This document shows, piece after piece, positions 46,490 to 57,300 of a stretch of DNA of 64,000 nt. The notes beneath the pieces are model-generated. The model made no database searches. It saw only the letters and a program-made list of their open reading frames with translations, and was not told where the DNA came from. The translations under genes and the position numbers were made by a program. The first letter of the stretch is position 1; each line of letters starts with the position of its first letter. The DNA is from Salisapilia sapeloensis CBS 127946 (taxonomy: Eukaryota > Protista > Oomycota), in the NCBI GenBank assembly GCA_023334545.1, contig JAADVB010000014.1, forward strand, positions 74,679 through 138,678, in the 5' to 3' direction.

Positions 46490-46660
46490 AGTAGGAAGAA
46501 AGGACATCGTAAGAGGCAAATATATAGAGTAAAATTTAGCCACTCCGATCCTCGTGGACGTCACCTGACCAGGTCGAAGCCCGAACCACCAAAATTCCGT
46601 CCAATCACTTGCCGTCGGTTTCGCATTTTCTCCTGGCGGATAATAAAGTCGAATAGCAAG

Positions 46661-48001
46661 ATGGACATGCCCCATTCACATACCAATTTGCATACTCCCG
46701 AGCACCCGAGTGCACGGAGTTCAAGTTCGTCTGTCCACAGGGAGGCTTACCCCTTTAGCTACCACCCAACGACTTCCTCCATTGCAAGCTCCATGCTGGC
46801 GATGCGAAGCAGCCCACCCGAAATGCTGCATGTACCGCCGAATGGCCCAGCGCCCAAGTCGGACCGGAAGATGAAGCGAGAAGAAGCGCCGGTCTCGCCT
46901 CCGGCAGCTAAGAGGTCCAAGGTGTCTCGCGAACGGCAGCTCAAGATCAACGCTGCGTCTCGTCGATGTCGGAAGAAGCAAAAGCTTGAGCTCCAGTTCT
47001 TGCGTACACATGTGGTGGAGCTGCAGCAGGCCATCCAGGACGAAGTCGACGCTTTGAAGACGTCGCTAAACCCTCAGCAGCGTATTGCTCAGTTGGAGAC
47101 GTTGCTTCATAATAGTCAGCAGAAAGTGGAGGAGATGAGCTCAGGCATGAGGCCACCGAAGAAAGCGACTTCGCCTCGTGAATCGAGCGACGACGAAACG
47201 TCCTCGAACGGAGAGTTCAAGCTGTCGGAGCAACGTCAGCAGCATCTACTCAAAATTGCCGACTTTGTCCGTGTGAACATGAGCATGGAAAGCCAGAGCT
47301 TTAGTCCGGAAGTCATCTCGTGCCTGCCGATCGAGATGGACGGGTGGCAACTGCGGCTGGCCATTACCGCCAAGAACTATACGATCCACAACACCAAGTT
47401 CTTCCCCTGCCGAGTGCAAGACCTGTACAACTTTTGCTGGGAGACCAACGTCCGGCAAAAGCAAAGTGTTCTATCGAACACGGAAGCGCACTGCATCGTC
47501 ACACCACTAAGGGAAGACGTCGCGCACGTGGTCTCCAAGACTATTGGCAAGTGGTCGTTGGAGGTACATGGCGTCGCCCACGTGAGCTACAATAGTGTCG
47601 TGTGTCGATCCTACCTTCCGTCCGACCCGACGACTGCGATCATCTGCCAGCAGAGTGTCCTGGACGAACAGGACTTGCACGATGAGAATACGATCCCATG
47701 GCTGTTCAAGCGGTGGGTCGTCTTCCGACCCACCACCGTCGATGGTATAGAGGGCACGCATGTGGAAGCGTATCGTACGGCCAGCTACGCGACGGGCAAG
47801 CTCATCTACAAGGACGAAAACGCGTACGACAGCTTCTGTGAACACCTGATCCGTCGATATGCGGAGTCGAATGCGTTACTAGAGAAGGAGATGGCCAAGG
47901 ATTCTCGCTTCCAGCACATAGCGCACGACCTCCCAGATGCGAATGAAGCGCATGATGAGTCCGTGTCTGCGCACATGGTCAAAGATCTCTTGCTCTTCTA
48001 A
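46661..48001 (+). CDS. bZIP transcription factor with non-canonical basic region and C-terminal START-like domain
   Basis: RERQLKINAASRRCRKKQKLELQFLRTHVVELQ basic region and zipper. The C-terminal alpha/beta domain is inferred START-like. Confidence 0.8.
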   Translation: MDMPHSHTNLHTPEHPSARSSSSSVHREAYPFSYHPTTSSIASSMLAMRSSPPEMLHVPPNGPAPKSDRKMKREEAPVSPPAAKRSKVSRERQLKINAASRRCRKKQKLELQFLRTHVVELQQAIQDEVDALKTSLNPQQRIAQLETLLHNSQQKVEEMSSGMRPPKKATSPRESSDDETSSNGEFKLSEQRQQHLLKIADFVRVNMSMESQSFSPEVISCLPIEMDGWQLRLAITAKNYTIHNTKFFPCRVQDLYNFCWETNVRQKQSVLSNTEAHCIVTPLREDVAHVVSKTIGKWSLEVHGVAHVSYNSVVCRSYLPSDPTTAIICQQSVLDEQDLHDENTIPWLFKRWVVFRPTTVDGIEGTHVEAYRTASYATGKLIYKDENAYDSFCEHLIRRYAESNALLEKEMAKDSRFQHIAHDLPDANEAHDESVSAHMVKDLLLF

Positions 48002-48044
48002 ACTATATGTATACATGTACTTGCTTCCAAAACCAGACTCTATT

Positions 48045-50732
48045 TTAATTGTACAGGTGCTTGTTCCGTGGACGCGGCGTTGGGTTCCACGTCACGTCGA
48101 ACGGTCGGGCCTGCTGCTGTTTGCTTGGGTCTAACGACGCTTCGTCGGCGATGATGTTCGCAAAGTACTCAGTCGCGGCGGTATCCTGTACGCGACTCAC
48201 TGGCTCATCCTCTTCTTCAACTTCCTCCTCGTCGTCCGTACCGAGCTGAAGGTACTTGTAGTCGAACTCGACTTCTTCGTCGTCGTCTTCCTCTTCCTCC
48301 CCCACTGGTTGCGGCGGTGGTATGGTTGGGTGGCTCCTGACGTACCGTTGCTTGGCGCTGTCGAACTCAACTTCTTCCTCCGTCGGCTGGCGTCGACTCT
48401 TCCGGTGCTTGAGGTAGTTATTTAGCCCATCAACGACCTGTGCTGCCTGGTCAAAGCTCTGGAACTGGAACTCGACGCGGCCATTCGTGACGAGGACACC
48501 AGGGGGAACGGCATTCGACATACGTGCCTCTAGTCCTTCCGCACGCAAGATGTCGTTGATCTGAGCTAAGAGGTCGCCCATCTTGGTAGCGAACGGGATG
48601 CTCTGGATGGAAATCGTGCATCGTCGTTCTGGGAGGGACGAGAAGACTGCTCGCTGTTCTTTCCATCCGCTCATCATGACACCAAAGATCCTGAGCGATT
48701 GTTGTAGCGCTCTGTTCCGTTGGTCTACCGTGGCAAACTCTACGAGTGCTTCGTGAGCAGTCTTGGTGTCACTCGCATTCACGTTCGTCTTCTTGATAGG
48801 TGTCTTGGTGCTCCGTCGCTTCTTGCTATTCGCTTCTCCGTCAAGGGATTCATAGTCAAGACCTTCGACGCCGTAGATACTGGATCCTTCGTCCGCACCA
48901 CTGTCCTGCTCTGGAGCACCGTCGCGTGGTCTGGAGAAGAGGAAGCTGCGCTCGACAGTCCCAATGTGCGAGAGAGATCGCTGCAGATACTGGGACGTGA
49001 CACCGAACGGCAAGTTGCGATAGAAGACACATCGGTCCGAGTGCCACTTGGCAGCCAAGTTCTCTCGTCCCTTGTCGTTGACAGCCACGACCTCTGCTTT
49101 TTCTCGTAATAGTTTTCGAGAATGTCGCAGACGTACTCGGCAGATCGTGAGCGTTTCAACTGATAAATGTGGGTAGATCTCTTCAAACGTAGGCATGATG
49201 ACGTTCGCATATAGCGGTGGGAGCATTGCTCGAACGTCTTCCACGAATGTCTGACCGAATGTCTTTTTATTCGGTCGCCACGCGAGTTTATACCGGATGA
49301 GGCGACTGAAGAAGGCATGATACTCTCGTTCGTCCAATAAAGACACAATGTTCCATGCAGTCGTAATCACTTGTTCGCGTTGAATCGGCGTCAGTTTCTT
49401 ACTCACAGACGTCTCGGGGTCGATGTCGTCGAGGTCAGGAATCAAAATGTGGCCGACACGCATACGGGCCTCAAGGAACCCTCGGACGATGGCTTCGTGG
49501 CGAAGTTGATGGTGCTCCACAGCCGTCTCAGCTGCTTCCGACTCAAAGTCCTCATAGCTAGCGTTTCCGCCTGACAGGAACGGTACGAGACGAGAGAGGA
49601 CGGATTCATGCAGCTCTGACGGGAAGGCGGTTTGGACGTTACTGACCATTTCTTGGAAGATCATCCGGTGCAGTTTTGAAGTGCGAACGGATGCGAGCAT
49701 TGCCACCAGCATACGTGTAATGGTTTCGTCATCCAGCTGCGTTCGGAACTGCGCTGCGAGCTGCTGCGTCTGAGCGAGGAGCATTCGAAAGTCAATTCTG
49801 TCGTTTTCGAGATTGAATTCGTCCCACTCGGCATCCAGAGGAGACTTGTCGTCCTCGGCTTGCGTCTGATCGAGGCCCATCATTTCCGCATATGCTCCGT
49901 ACCCCTCAGCATCCAGAACTCTTCGAAAGTCGCTCTTCACCTGCGTCAATGTCGTTCGCTTCATACCTCTAGCTGGACCGGACACGAGCTGTCGATGCAT
50001 CAGCTTCAGCGAATTAAGACAGGCGAGACGACAGTAGCAGATGACAATGCCGATGAACGTCGGGTCTCGCGCCAACTCTGGGTGGAGGACCATAATGTCC
50101 GGGACTTCTGGCGTTTCATCTTGGTCATACACCTTCTCTAAACTTTCGATCGCGCGCTTTGACTCAGCTTCCAATTCGTCAATGACTTCATCTTTGCCAG
50201 ATAAGAACGCTAGTAGGTACTCGTACTCCTTTTGATGCGCAGGGCCGAACTTGGCTTGCAAAGACTCTAGAAACCGTTTGTACGACACTGGCGTCACTTT
50301 AGGATACGTTGCGTACTGTGTCACTCGCTGTGCGATGCGACCTACGTCTACCTCTGTCATCGAGTGACGCAGTATGGCGAGCACACGCTCTGCTTTCTTG
50401 GTCGCATCGGCACGACTTTCTTCCCGGAGCTCTGAAAAGTCGACTTGTTCACCAGCTATAGCTGTATGTCCGAGTCGCTGGCCAGTAAAATCCACGTCTG
50501 CACGCACTGAGGTCTCTTCCTTGTCTTCTTCAAACTCATTCTCCAGCACAGTCGTACTCGCAGCACTTTCATCCGGCAGGAGACTCGGCCGAGCACCATT
50601 CAATTGCGATTCGTGACCAGTTGAAAGCAATCGAATGAGTTGCTGCGCTTGTCTAGACGGCAGCTTGTCTGTCAGAAGACGCTGCTTGGCTGCAGCACGC
50701 ACAAGCGCGACGGAACGAGTGCGTAGAGGCAT
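48045..50732 (-). CDS. Hypothetical, probably mitochondrial, RNA-binding protein (helical region + two RRM-like domains + acidic tail)
   Basis: Presequence-like MPLRTRSVALVRAAAKQRLL..IRLLST; RCVFYRNLPFGVT...ALVEFAT and CTISIQSIPFATK...VEFQFQSFDQA. First ATG at 50732. Confidence 0.7.
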   Translation of the reverse strand: MPLRTRSVALVRAAAKQRLLTDKLPSRQAQQLIRLLSTGHESQLNGARPSLLPDESAASTTVLENEFEEDKEETSVRADVDFTGQRLGHTAIAGEQVDFSELREESRADATKKAERVLAILRHSMTEVDVGRIAQRVTQYATYPKVTPVSYKRFLESLQAKFGPAHQKEYEYLLAFLSGKDEVIDELEAESKRAIESLEKVYDQDETPEVPDIMVLHPELARDPTFIGIVICYCRLACLNSLKLMHRQLVSGPARGMKRTTLTQVKSDFRRVLDAEGYGAYAEMMGLDQTQAEDDKSPLDAEWDEFNLENDRIDFRMLLAQTQQLAAQFRTQLDDETITRMLVAMLASVRTSKLHRMIFQEMVSNVQTAFPSELHESVLSRLVPFLSGGNASYEDFESEAAETAVEHHQLRHEAIVRGFLEARMRVGHILIPDLDDIDPETSVSKKLTPIQREQVITTAWNIVSLLDEREYHAFFSRLIRYKLAWRPNKKTFGQTFVEDVRAMLPPLYANVIMPTFEEIYPHLSVETLTICRVRLRHSRKLLREKAEVVAVNDKGRENLAAKWHSDRCVFYRNLPFGVTSQYLQRSLSHIGTVERSFLFSRPRDGAPEQDSGADEGSSIYGVEGLDYESLDGEANSKKRRSTKTPIKKTNVNASDTKTAHEALVEFATVDQRNRALQQSLRIFGVMMSGWKEQRAVFSSLPERRCTISIQSIPFATKMGDLLAQINDILRAEGLEARMSNAVPPGVLVTNGRVEFQFQSFDQAAQVVDGLNNYLKHRKSRRQPTEEEVEFDSAKQRYVRSHPTIPPPQPVGEEEEDDDEEVEFDYKYLQLGTDDEEEVEEEDEPVSRVQDTAATEYFANIIADEASLDPSKQQQARPFDVTWNPTPRPRNKHLYN

Positions 50733-50849
50733 GGACGAGCTCTTGCTACACGACCTCGAAGTTTGATCTGGTTTGGTTGGTGCGTGACGGTTGTTCCTAA
50801 CGGATGAGTTAACGGGTACGATCATGAGAGGTCGTTTCAAACTTCAAAC

Positions 50850-53385
50850 ATGGCCGCGAACCAGCTCAACCGAGAGCTCCTGCGGTGGATCCAGAGTCTA
50901 GACTTGGCGTATTCTATCAAGAACGTAAAGAGGTAGAGATTATTGCATTAGGTATTTAGTGACTTGGATTTGATCGAAACTGTATAGAGATTTTTCCAAT
51001 GGGTTTCTGATTGCTGAAGTGATCTCCCGATACTACAAGGACGTCAGTATGCATTCGTATGACAATGGAATCGGGATCAAGGCGAAGAAGGATAATTGGG
51101 ACCAGCTCTCCAAGCTCTTTGCACGAGCACCGGATCTAGAGGTTCTGAATAATAAGGCTGATATCGACGCTATCATCCATTGTCAAAATGGAGCCGCTGT
51201 GCTCTTTTTAACCAAGCTCTACCAATGCCTTACGAAACGATCCATCCAGCCTCCACCAGCCACTGCTTCTGTTGAATCTGCTCCGAATGGAGCTCCATCC
51301 GTTATAAGCTCCGGTAATAGTCAAGAAGTTCCTCCGTATGCAAAGCCCACGGGTGCAACGGTCATTCGGGATCAGTTTCGCGAGCCTGATATGATGGAGA
51401 CACAAGATGAGCTTCAGATCCAGCGTAGAGTTCGAGACGTTCATCTCCAACACGAAGAGTCTTTGCAGCTGGAACGTATCGATAACACGTCCGACCGCTA
51501 CCCATCTCTACGTAGTGCTGGCAAAGAAACTGTCCTTCGCGGTGCCAGCAAGCCTGTTCGGAGTGATGTAGCTCCTGTCACAATGCCAGAGCAAGTTGTA
51601 AAGGAAGTTCAAATCAAACCAGTGAATGCGAAGGGCTTAGAAAAGCTACGAGCCAATCGAGAGGCAAAAGAGCAGGAAACGAGTCCTTATGGCAAAGTTA
51701 GTTCTACCAATGATGGATATCCTCGTTCCAATCGGATGCTCGGGCGAACGAGCAGCAACAACAGTACCGACATCTTGCAGATGAGACGGCCGATGGATAT
51801 ATTGAATGAGGCAGTCACGGCGAAGCTTAACGAAATGGGGCTCCTCCATCAGCTGGAGCTACGAACGAGTAGCAAGTTCGAATGCTTTGTCGATAGTATG
51901 CTGGAAGGGCGTGATCTTACCCAAGAAGATTGTGCTGAAGTCCTTATGGCAATGGTTGACGATGAATACTTACTAACGACGTCCTTTTTGGAGTTTCCGC
52001 GTGAGTATTGGAAGTTTGTCGGTGCTCTGTTTCCTCTTTTGAACGAAAATGAAGACACGCATGTTCTCTTCCAAGCACTGATTGACGCTCTACTCCGAAT
52101 CGCGGGACAGACCGTCGAGCGTGATCCGCCAGCTTCTGCACAGTTGATGACGGATTTCCTGCTTCAGAAAGTCATTGCTGTGTGCCGAGAGCAAGATGGT
52201 AAGCGAGCACCATTGTTGCAACTAGTGTATGCGCATGTGCCAAGCACACCCATCGCCCATCTGCAGGTGATTAAACGACTGCGAGAAGGTCTTCCACATG
52301 AAATTACACTCTTCATTCACCTCCTTTCCATCTTGCTGTGTATGGAAACCTCGCTCGATGCAACGCTTGCAGACTTGTACTATTACTACTGTACCATTGG
52401 CATTGAAATGACGAGTGAAAAGCTTCGTGCAGCTAGTTTGTCAATGCTTTCGCCTCTTATGGCGTACGATATAACGCTAGTCGCGGATCTCTTGCCTCGC
52501 TTGACGCAACTTTCTACTCGAACCGCGTGGTGGGAAGTAAAAGCTCAGTTCATCATAATAGCGTCCACGTTTCTAGAAATGGCAGCAGGATCTTCGACAC
52601 AAGACCACGACTGGACGGATCATATAGAAATGGTACTGATCCTTCTTGAACGGAACTTTCATCCTTCCTCGAGCCTCAATCTTCGACGAATTGGATTATC
52701 GTATTTAGGAAAGAACCTACACAGTTACCAAGAACTCGTACCCCTCTACGTTGACATTCTCCTTAGCCTTCCTGCAGACATACGAGAGACTATGTTGCGA
52801 AATAGCTCAGCTATATACAACAATGAAGACGCGGTCGTGCCAAATGAACTTCCCATTCAAGGCACGTCGGGCGCTCGGTATCCTCTGGTCCAATTGCCAG
52901 AGCACTGGGATTCATCCGCAATCATGAAACATTTGCATTTTGAGTGGAAGGCGAAGAGATATGAAGAGTACGAGAGTGCGTGGCACATTTTACAGAGCTG
53001 TCTGCGGCAACTTAGCCAGTCGGAGTCAAGCAGTCAAGTTCGATTGCATTACGATCAGATGCGAGACATTCTTTTCCAAGGGCTGCAAGAGCAACATTCG
53101 TGCAGCTATGCCTGCGATGCATTGAAATATGTTATACTTGCAGATCAGCGAGCTAACGTATTGGAGAATGAGCGTTTCCTTGACTCGATGAAAACTCTTG
53201 TATCCTTGCCTGTGGACGATGTGAGACAGCAAGCCGGTGTCAAATTGGTGCATGAACTGCATGACGACGGAGGAGACCACGCTTCCGCAGTGGAAAAACT
53301 TGTGAATAAGCTCCAGTCGGTATGTGACCCGGCAGTGTTCCGATCTTCTCTCTTTTCAATTGCGCTGGATGCAAACCGGGACTAG
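50850..53385 (+). CDS. SPATA4: SPATA4/SPEF1-type calponin-homology protein with long helical C-terminal extension (2 exons)
   Basis: [56 protein letters not shown] matches the SPATA4 CH domain. Confidence 0.82.
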
Positions 53386-53473
53386 TCAAGACGGACCCAA
53401 CATCTATCGAGTTTGTAGATGCATAGCATACATTGAGATATAAAGTTGTATTTCTTTCGCTATATTTTTGCAC

Positions 53474-54258
53474 TTATTCATCGTCCGAGTTGAGGACTTC
53501 CGGGTTTTTCTTTGCCAGGTACGAGGATGGATAGTTTGTGTACAGAGCATATTGGTAAACGAGATGAGGAATCGAAGGACGAAACTTTTGCCTCTCGCAA
53601 TCTAATAGCGACTTTATCATGTCGGCATTCTCTTCAATCGTACTCAGCAGTATCTTTCCATCTCTCGGTGCAAGCAGGAGGTTCGTAGCTTTGGCGTAGA
53701 GCTCCCACACTTCTTTCGTAATGAATGGTGGGTCAATGACAACGTAGTCAAAAGTTTGATGCAAATTCGGATCGATGGTTTCTGGTGAGTAGAAATCATA
53801 TCGCACGAACTGATCTCCTTCGCAGTCGAACTTTTCATCAAGCTGCAGTAACCACGTCTTAGAGGATAGATAGCACAGCGAATAGAAGATAGTTTACATC
53901 AAACAGGTAGCAACTTCGTCCCTTTTTTTCTTTTCGAATGGCAAAGTAGACACTTGGGGTCGACAGGAAGGCAATGCGACTGTTGTAAGTTGTCTGTGCA
54001 ATGACCTCTGCTGCCATGACCTCTACTGTTACTGGAGAGTACCAGTATTGGTTGAGCTCTTCTTTCTACGTGCATCAAGTAAGCGTACGAAACTAACAAC
54101 AGAGGAGAATGTCATGTAATTCGTCTAAGTCAGAGCGCCTGAAAGGAACTTGCTTCCGTTCCCAACCGGCACTGTCAACTACTTTTGTTCAAGGCATTAT
54201 CCTAGAGTACAAATGTAAAAACTTACTTCTGGATACTTTCTCCAGAAATTCCTTCCAT
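53474..54258 (-). CDS. EEF1AKMT1: eEF1A lysine methyltransferase 1 (N6AMT2/Efm5), multi-exon; 5' end uncertain
   Basis: EELNQYWYS..IAFLSTPSVYF..LFD-LDEKF..FVRYDFYSPE..FDYVVIDPPF..FRPSIPHLVYQYALYTNY. Confidence 0.9.
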
Positions 54259-54363
54259 CTCCTTTTGCCATGGCGTCTCGTGCAGATGAAATGTGGGAAA
54301 ATGAGTACAGGTACGCTTGAACGTCGTCTCGTGATTTCAACTTGGCCCAATCCCACGTAAAAG

Positions 54364-57300
54364 TTACTGCGTCCCATTTGCACTATACGACGAGACGCCA
54401 ATCGCACTCGACTCACTCACTTTCCTCTCTAGCTGCACTCTACCAGAGTTCTCGTGTCGCAAGCGCTCATGCTCCTCCTTTAAATTCGTGATCACGTTCG
54501 TAAGAGCGTTAATCCAGTCGTCCAAGAGCTTTGCGTTCGGAGCGTACAGCACGAGGCCGTCTCCACTATTCGCCAGCAATGGCGTCACCACTTCAAAGCT
54601 AAAGTTGTGCTTGTGCGTCTTCCGAACGACCGTGTCCGGCGTAAAGCTGACGATTTGGAAAATAGGCGACTCCATCGACTTGCCAAACCGAAGCGACGTC
54701 GGATGCAGAATGAAGAATCGGCGGTACCAGATCGGATTGAAGTGCTTGTGCTTAAGCGCGCGCTTGAGCAAATACCCGGCCATCACTACCTCTTCTCTGA
54801 ATGAGTCTGGAGGCATGCTCCTGGCGAGCGATTCCGAGTCCAAGTCCAGTGAGACGGCGCTGAGTTCATCCAGATTCTTCGCGGTTGGCTGCAGCTGCGG
54901 AGACTGAGTTTGGAGCTGCGAGTCGGAGTCAGCACTTGCAGTCTCGACGCTGCCACTGACAGACTTGTCGCATGTTGGCGACTCACTCGGCTCCTTGTCG
55001 TCCAATGTCTCTCCTTTCATAACTGCTTCGACCAGTCGTTCCTGTTGCAACTGGAAGGCCGAGTGTTCACACCCGCCAGGACAAGCACAGCTGCCGCCAT
55101 ACTCTTCCGGAATATTCTCTGCATCGATGGCATCCAATAAAGCAGCAGGCGTATCGTTTTCATTCACGATATTTGTCTTGGCTCTCGTCCGTTCATTCAA
55201 TAGTGGCTTAATGGCCTTCCAAGCCATGCCAAACCACGATGGAACGTTCACGATGAAGATTTTGAACGAGCGCTGGGGATAGTGCTTCTGCAGAACACTC
55301 GTAGTCCGACGCATAAAGTCAAAGGCGTCTCCGCTGAGGTCTTTCATACCGACACCACGCGCATCGAGAACAACCACCATCTTCTGCTGCTCACTCGGAG
55401 CACAAGATTCACACTCGCACAATTCACTCGCAGCGTACTTGATGGCAAACTCCATCGCGAACAAGTAGTGGTTGAAGACGTCGTCAAAGTCGATGCCTTC
55501 CTTCTCCAGCTGCTTGAGATCCAAACTACCGACCTTTTGGTAGTAGACGGGATGTCCGAGCTTGTCCGTCTTATGGAGAAAGTGCTTGTATTCGGCCTTG
55601 ATCTCCCAGTACGTTGGCTGAGGCGTGGATAGCAGAGCATCTGCGTCCACCTCCTTACGCCACGCCAGCGTCGCTTTATACCTTTCCAACGCTTTCGCGG
55701 CGTCCATGTCCTCTGCAACTAGGAACCCTTTCGGTACGATGATCTTCTCCTTGAGCTTGCCGTCGCCACTCTCCTCCTCCAGCGAAAGTCTCTCCGTGCA
55801 CGACGGTTCTTGGCTCAAGACCGTCACGTCCCAGTCGCCAGTGCTAGGAGAGTCGCCACTCTCGGAAGATCCAGTCGTGTGCGTCTGGATGATGCGGCCT
55901 GGAGAAACCACTTCGATGGCAAAGAGCCCGAGCGTTGTCGTCAAACCCATGTAGACTGCCGGTTTGAGCACACCGCCGCTGAGGAACCTGCTAAAGATGA
56001 GCAAGATGGCCGAGCACGCGATCACGACGGCCGAGAAGAGTCGGAACAAGTCCTTGTACGTGTCTTTGAACGTGCTTTTCAGATCTGCAATACGGTGTTT
56101 CGTCCGCTTGGCTTGAATCTGCACTCGCACCGGTCGCGGACCTTTGCGAGCAACGACATAGAACGGTTGGCCTAACGAATCGATCAAAGCTTTTGCAGAT
56201 ACTCGTAATAGACTCCTGTCGTCGAAATGCATCGATACGGTCTCTGTTTCGAGCAAGTCGATGACTTCGACGGTCTGACCGACTGCATTCTTTTTCTTCC
56301 ATAGCTGTCGACCGAGTAGGGAGCCTCGGCCGAGCACACGGTCGTTCGACTTGATCGAAAACTTGCGCTTCACAGGTCTCTCGACAAACTCATGCACACC
56401 TTCACACTTGCTAGTGTCGATCGCCCCAGCGCTCTTGATCGGGCCAGGGGCTGGGCCATGTACTTCAAAGAGCAGTGTTTTACCTCTTCCGTCGCATCGG
56501 AGGTGGCCTCCGCCACCACGAACAGATGCGTCGGCAGGGTTTCTTGCCTGTGTAATGATACGATTAAACTTGGAACGAATGCGGTTCGAGTCCGCGACGT
56601 TGATAATGACGTTTCCGTCGCCATAATACACCACTTTGCCATGCGTCCGGTTGCGCACTGCTTCTAGATCTAGGTCGTCTTGCGCTCTTGGTCCGAACGA
56701 GATGTTCATGTTACGCGTAGACTTGGAGAGTTGGCCGAAGAAGGCGTATCCGTCATCATCAACTTCATCCTCCTCGTCGGATGTGATGGCAGGAGAAGCG
56801 TTCTGTCCAGAGTCTCCGTTCTGGTTCTGTCCAGTGACCGTGTTCTTCCGCGTGCGGTAGTCTTGCGGATCGATCTGATAGAAGCTAAGGTACATTTCAC
56901 CAGGAGTGTTTCGTGCCCTCGGACCGAAGAGACCATTCTTGGTAGACGGACCGACGCCGATCTTGTTATTCCAGACCTGGTCGTGCTCGTCGTATAGGAC
57001 AACGACGTCGCCGTAGCTGACTGGCGTGCCGTCCGCTTGGTTGCAAGTGGATCGAATTCGGTAGCTCGAAGCTCGATATCTAATGTCATTCGAGTCGGAC
57101 GATGGACTGGGCAGTGCCACGAGACTTTCGCCTGGCGAATTGGCGCCCATGAGCTTGGAAGCACTTTTCGAGGTGAGAAAGCGACGCGAATTGTCGTCAA
57201 CGGTGCCGACGTAGCCACCGCGAGGGCCTTCGGGTGCTCCTTGCGGGTCTGAATACTTGTTCCGCACAAATAATCGTATCGAATCACCGTATTTTACTGC

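Noticed and set aside
46557-46563. CRE-like GACGTCA in the bZIP promoter suggesting autoregulation
   Set aside because: A single short motif, frequent by chance, and this bZIP's altered basic region makes its specificity unknown.
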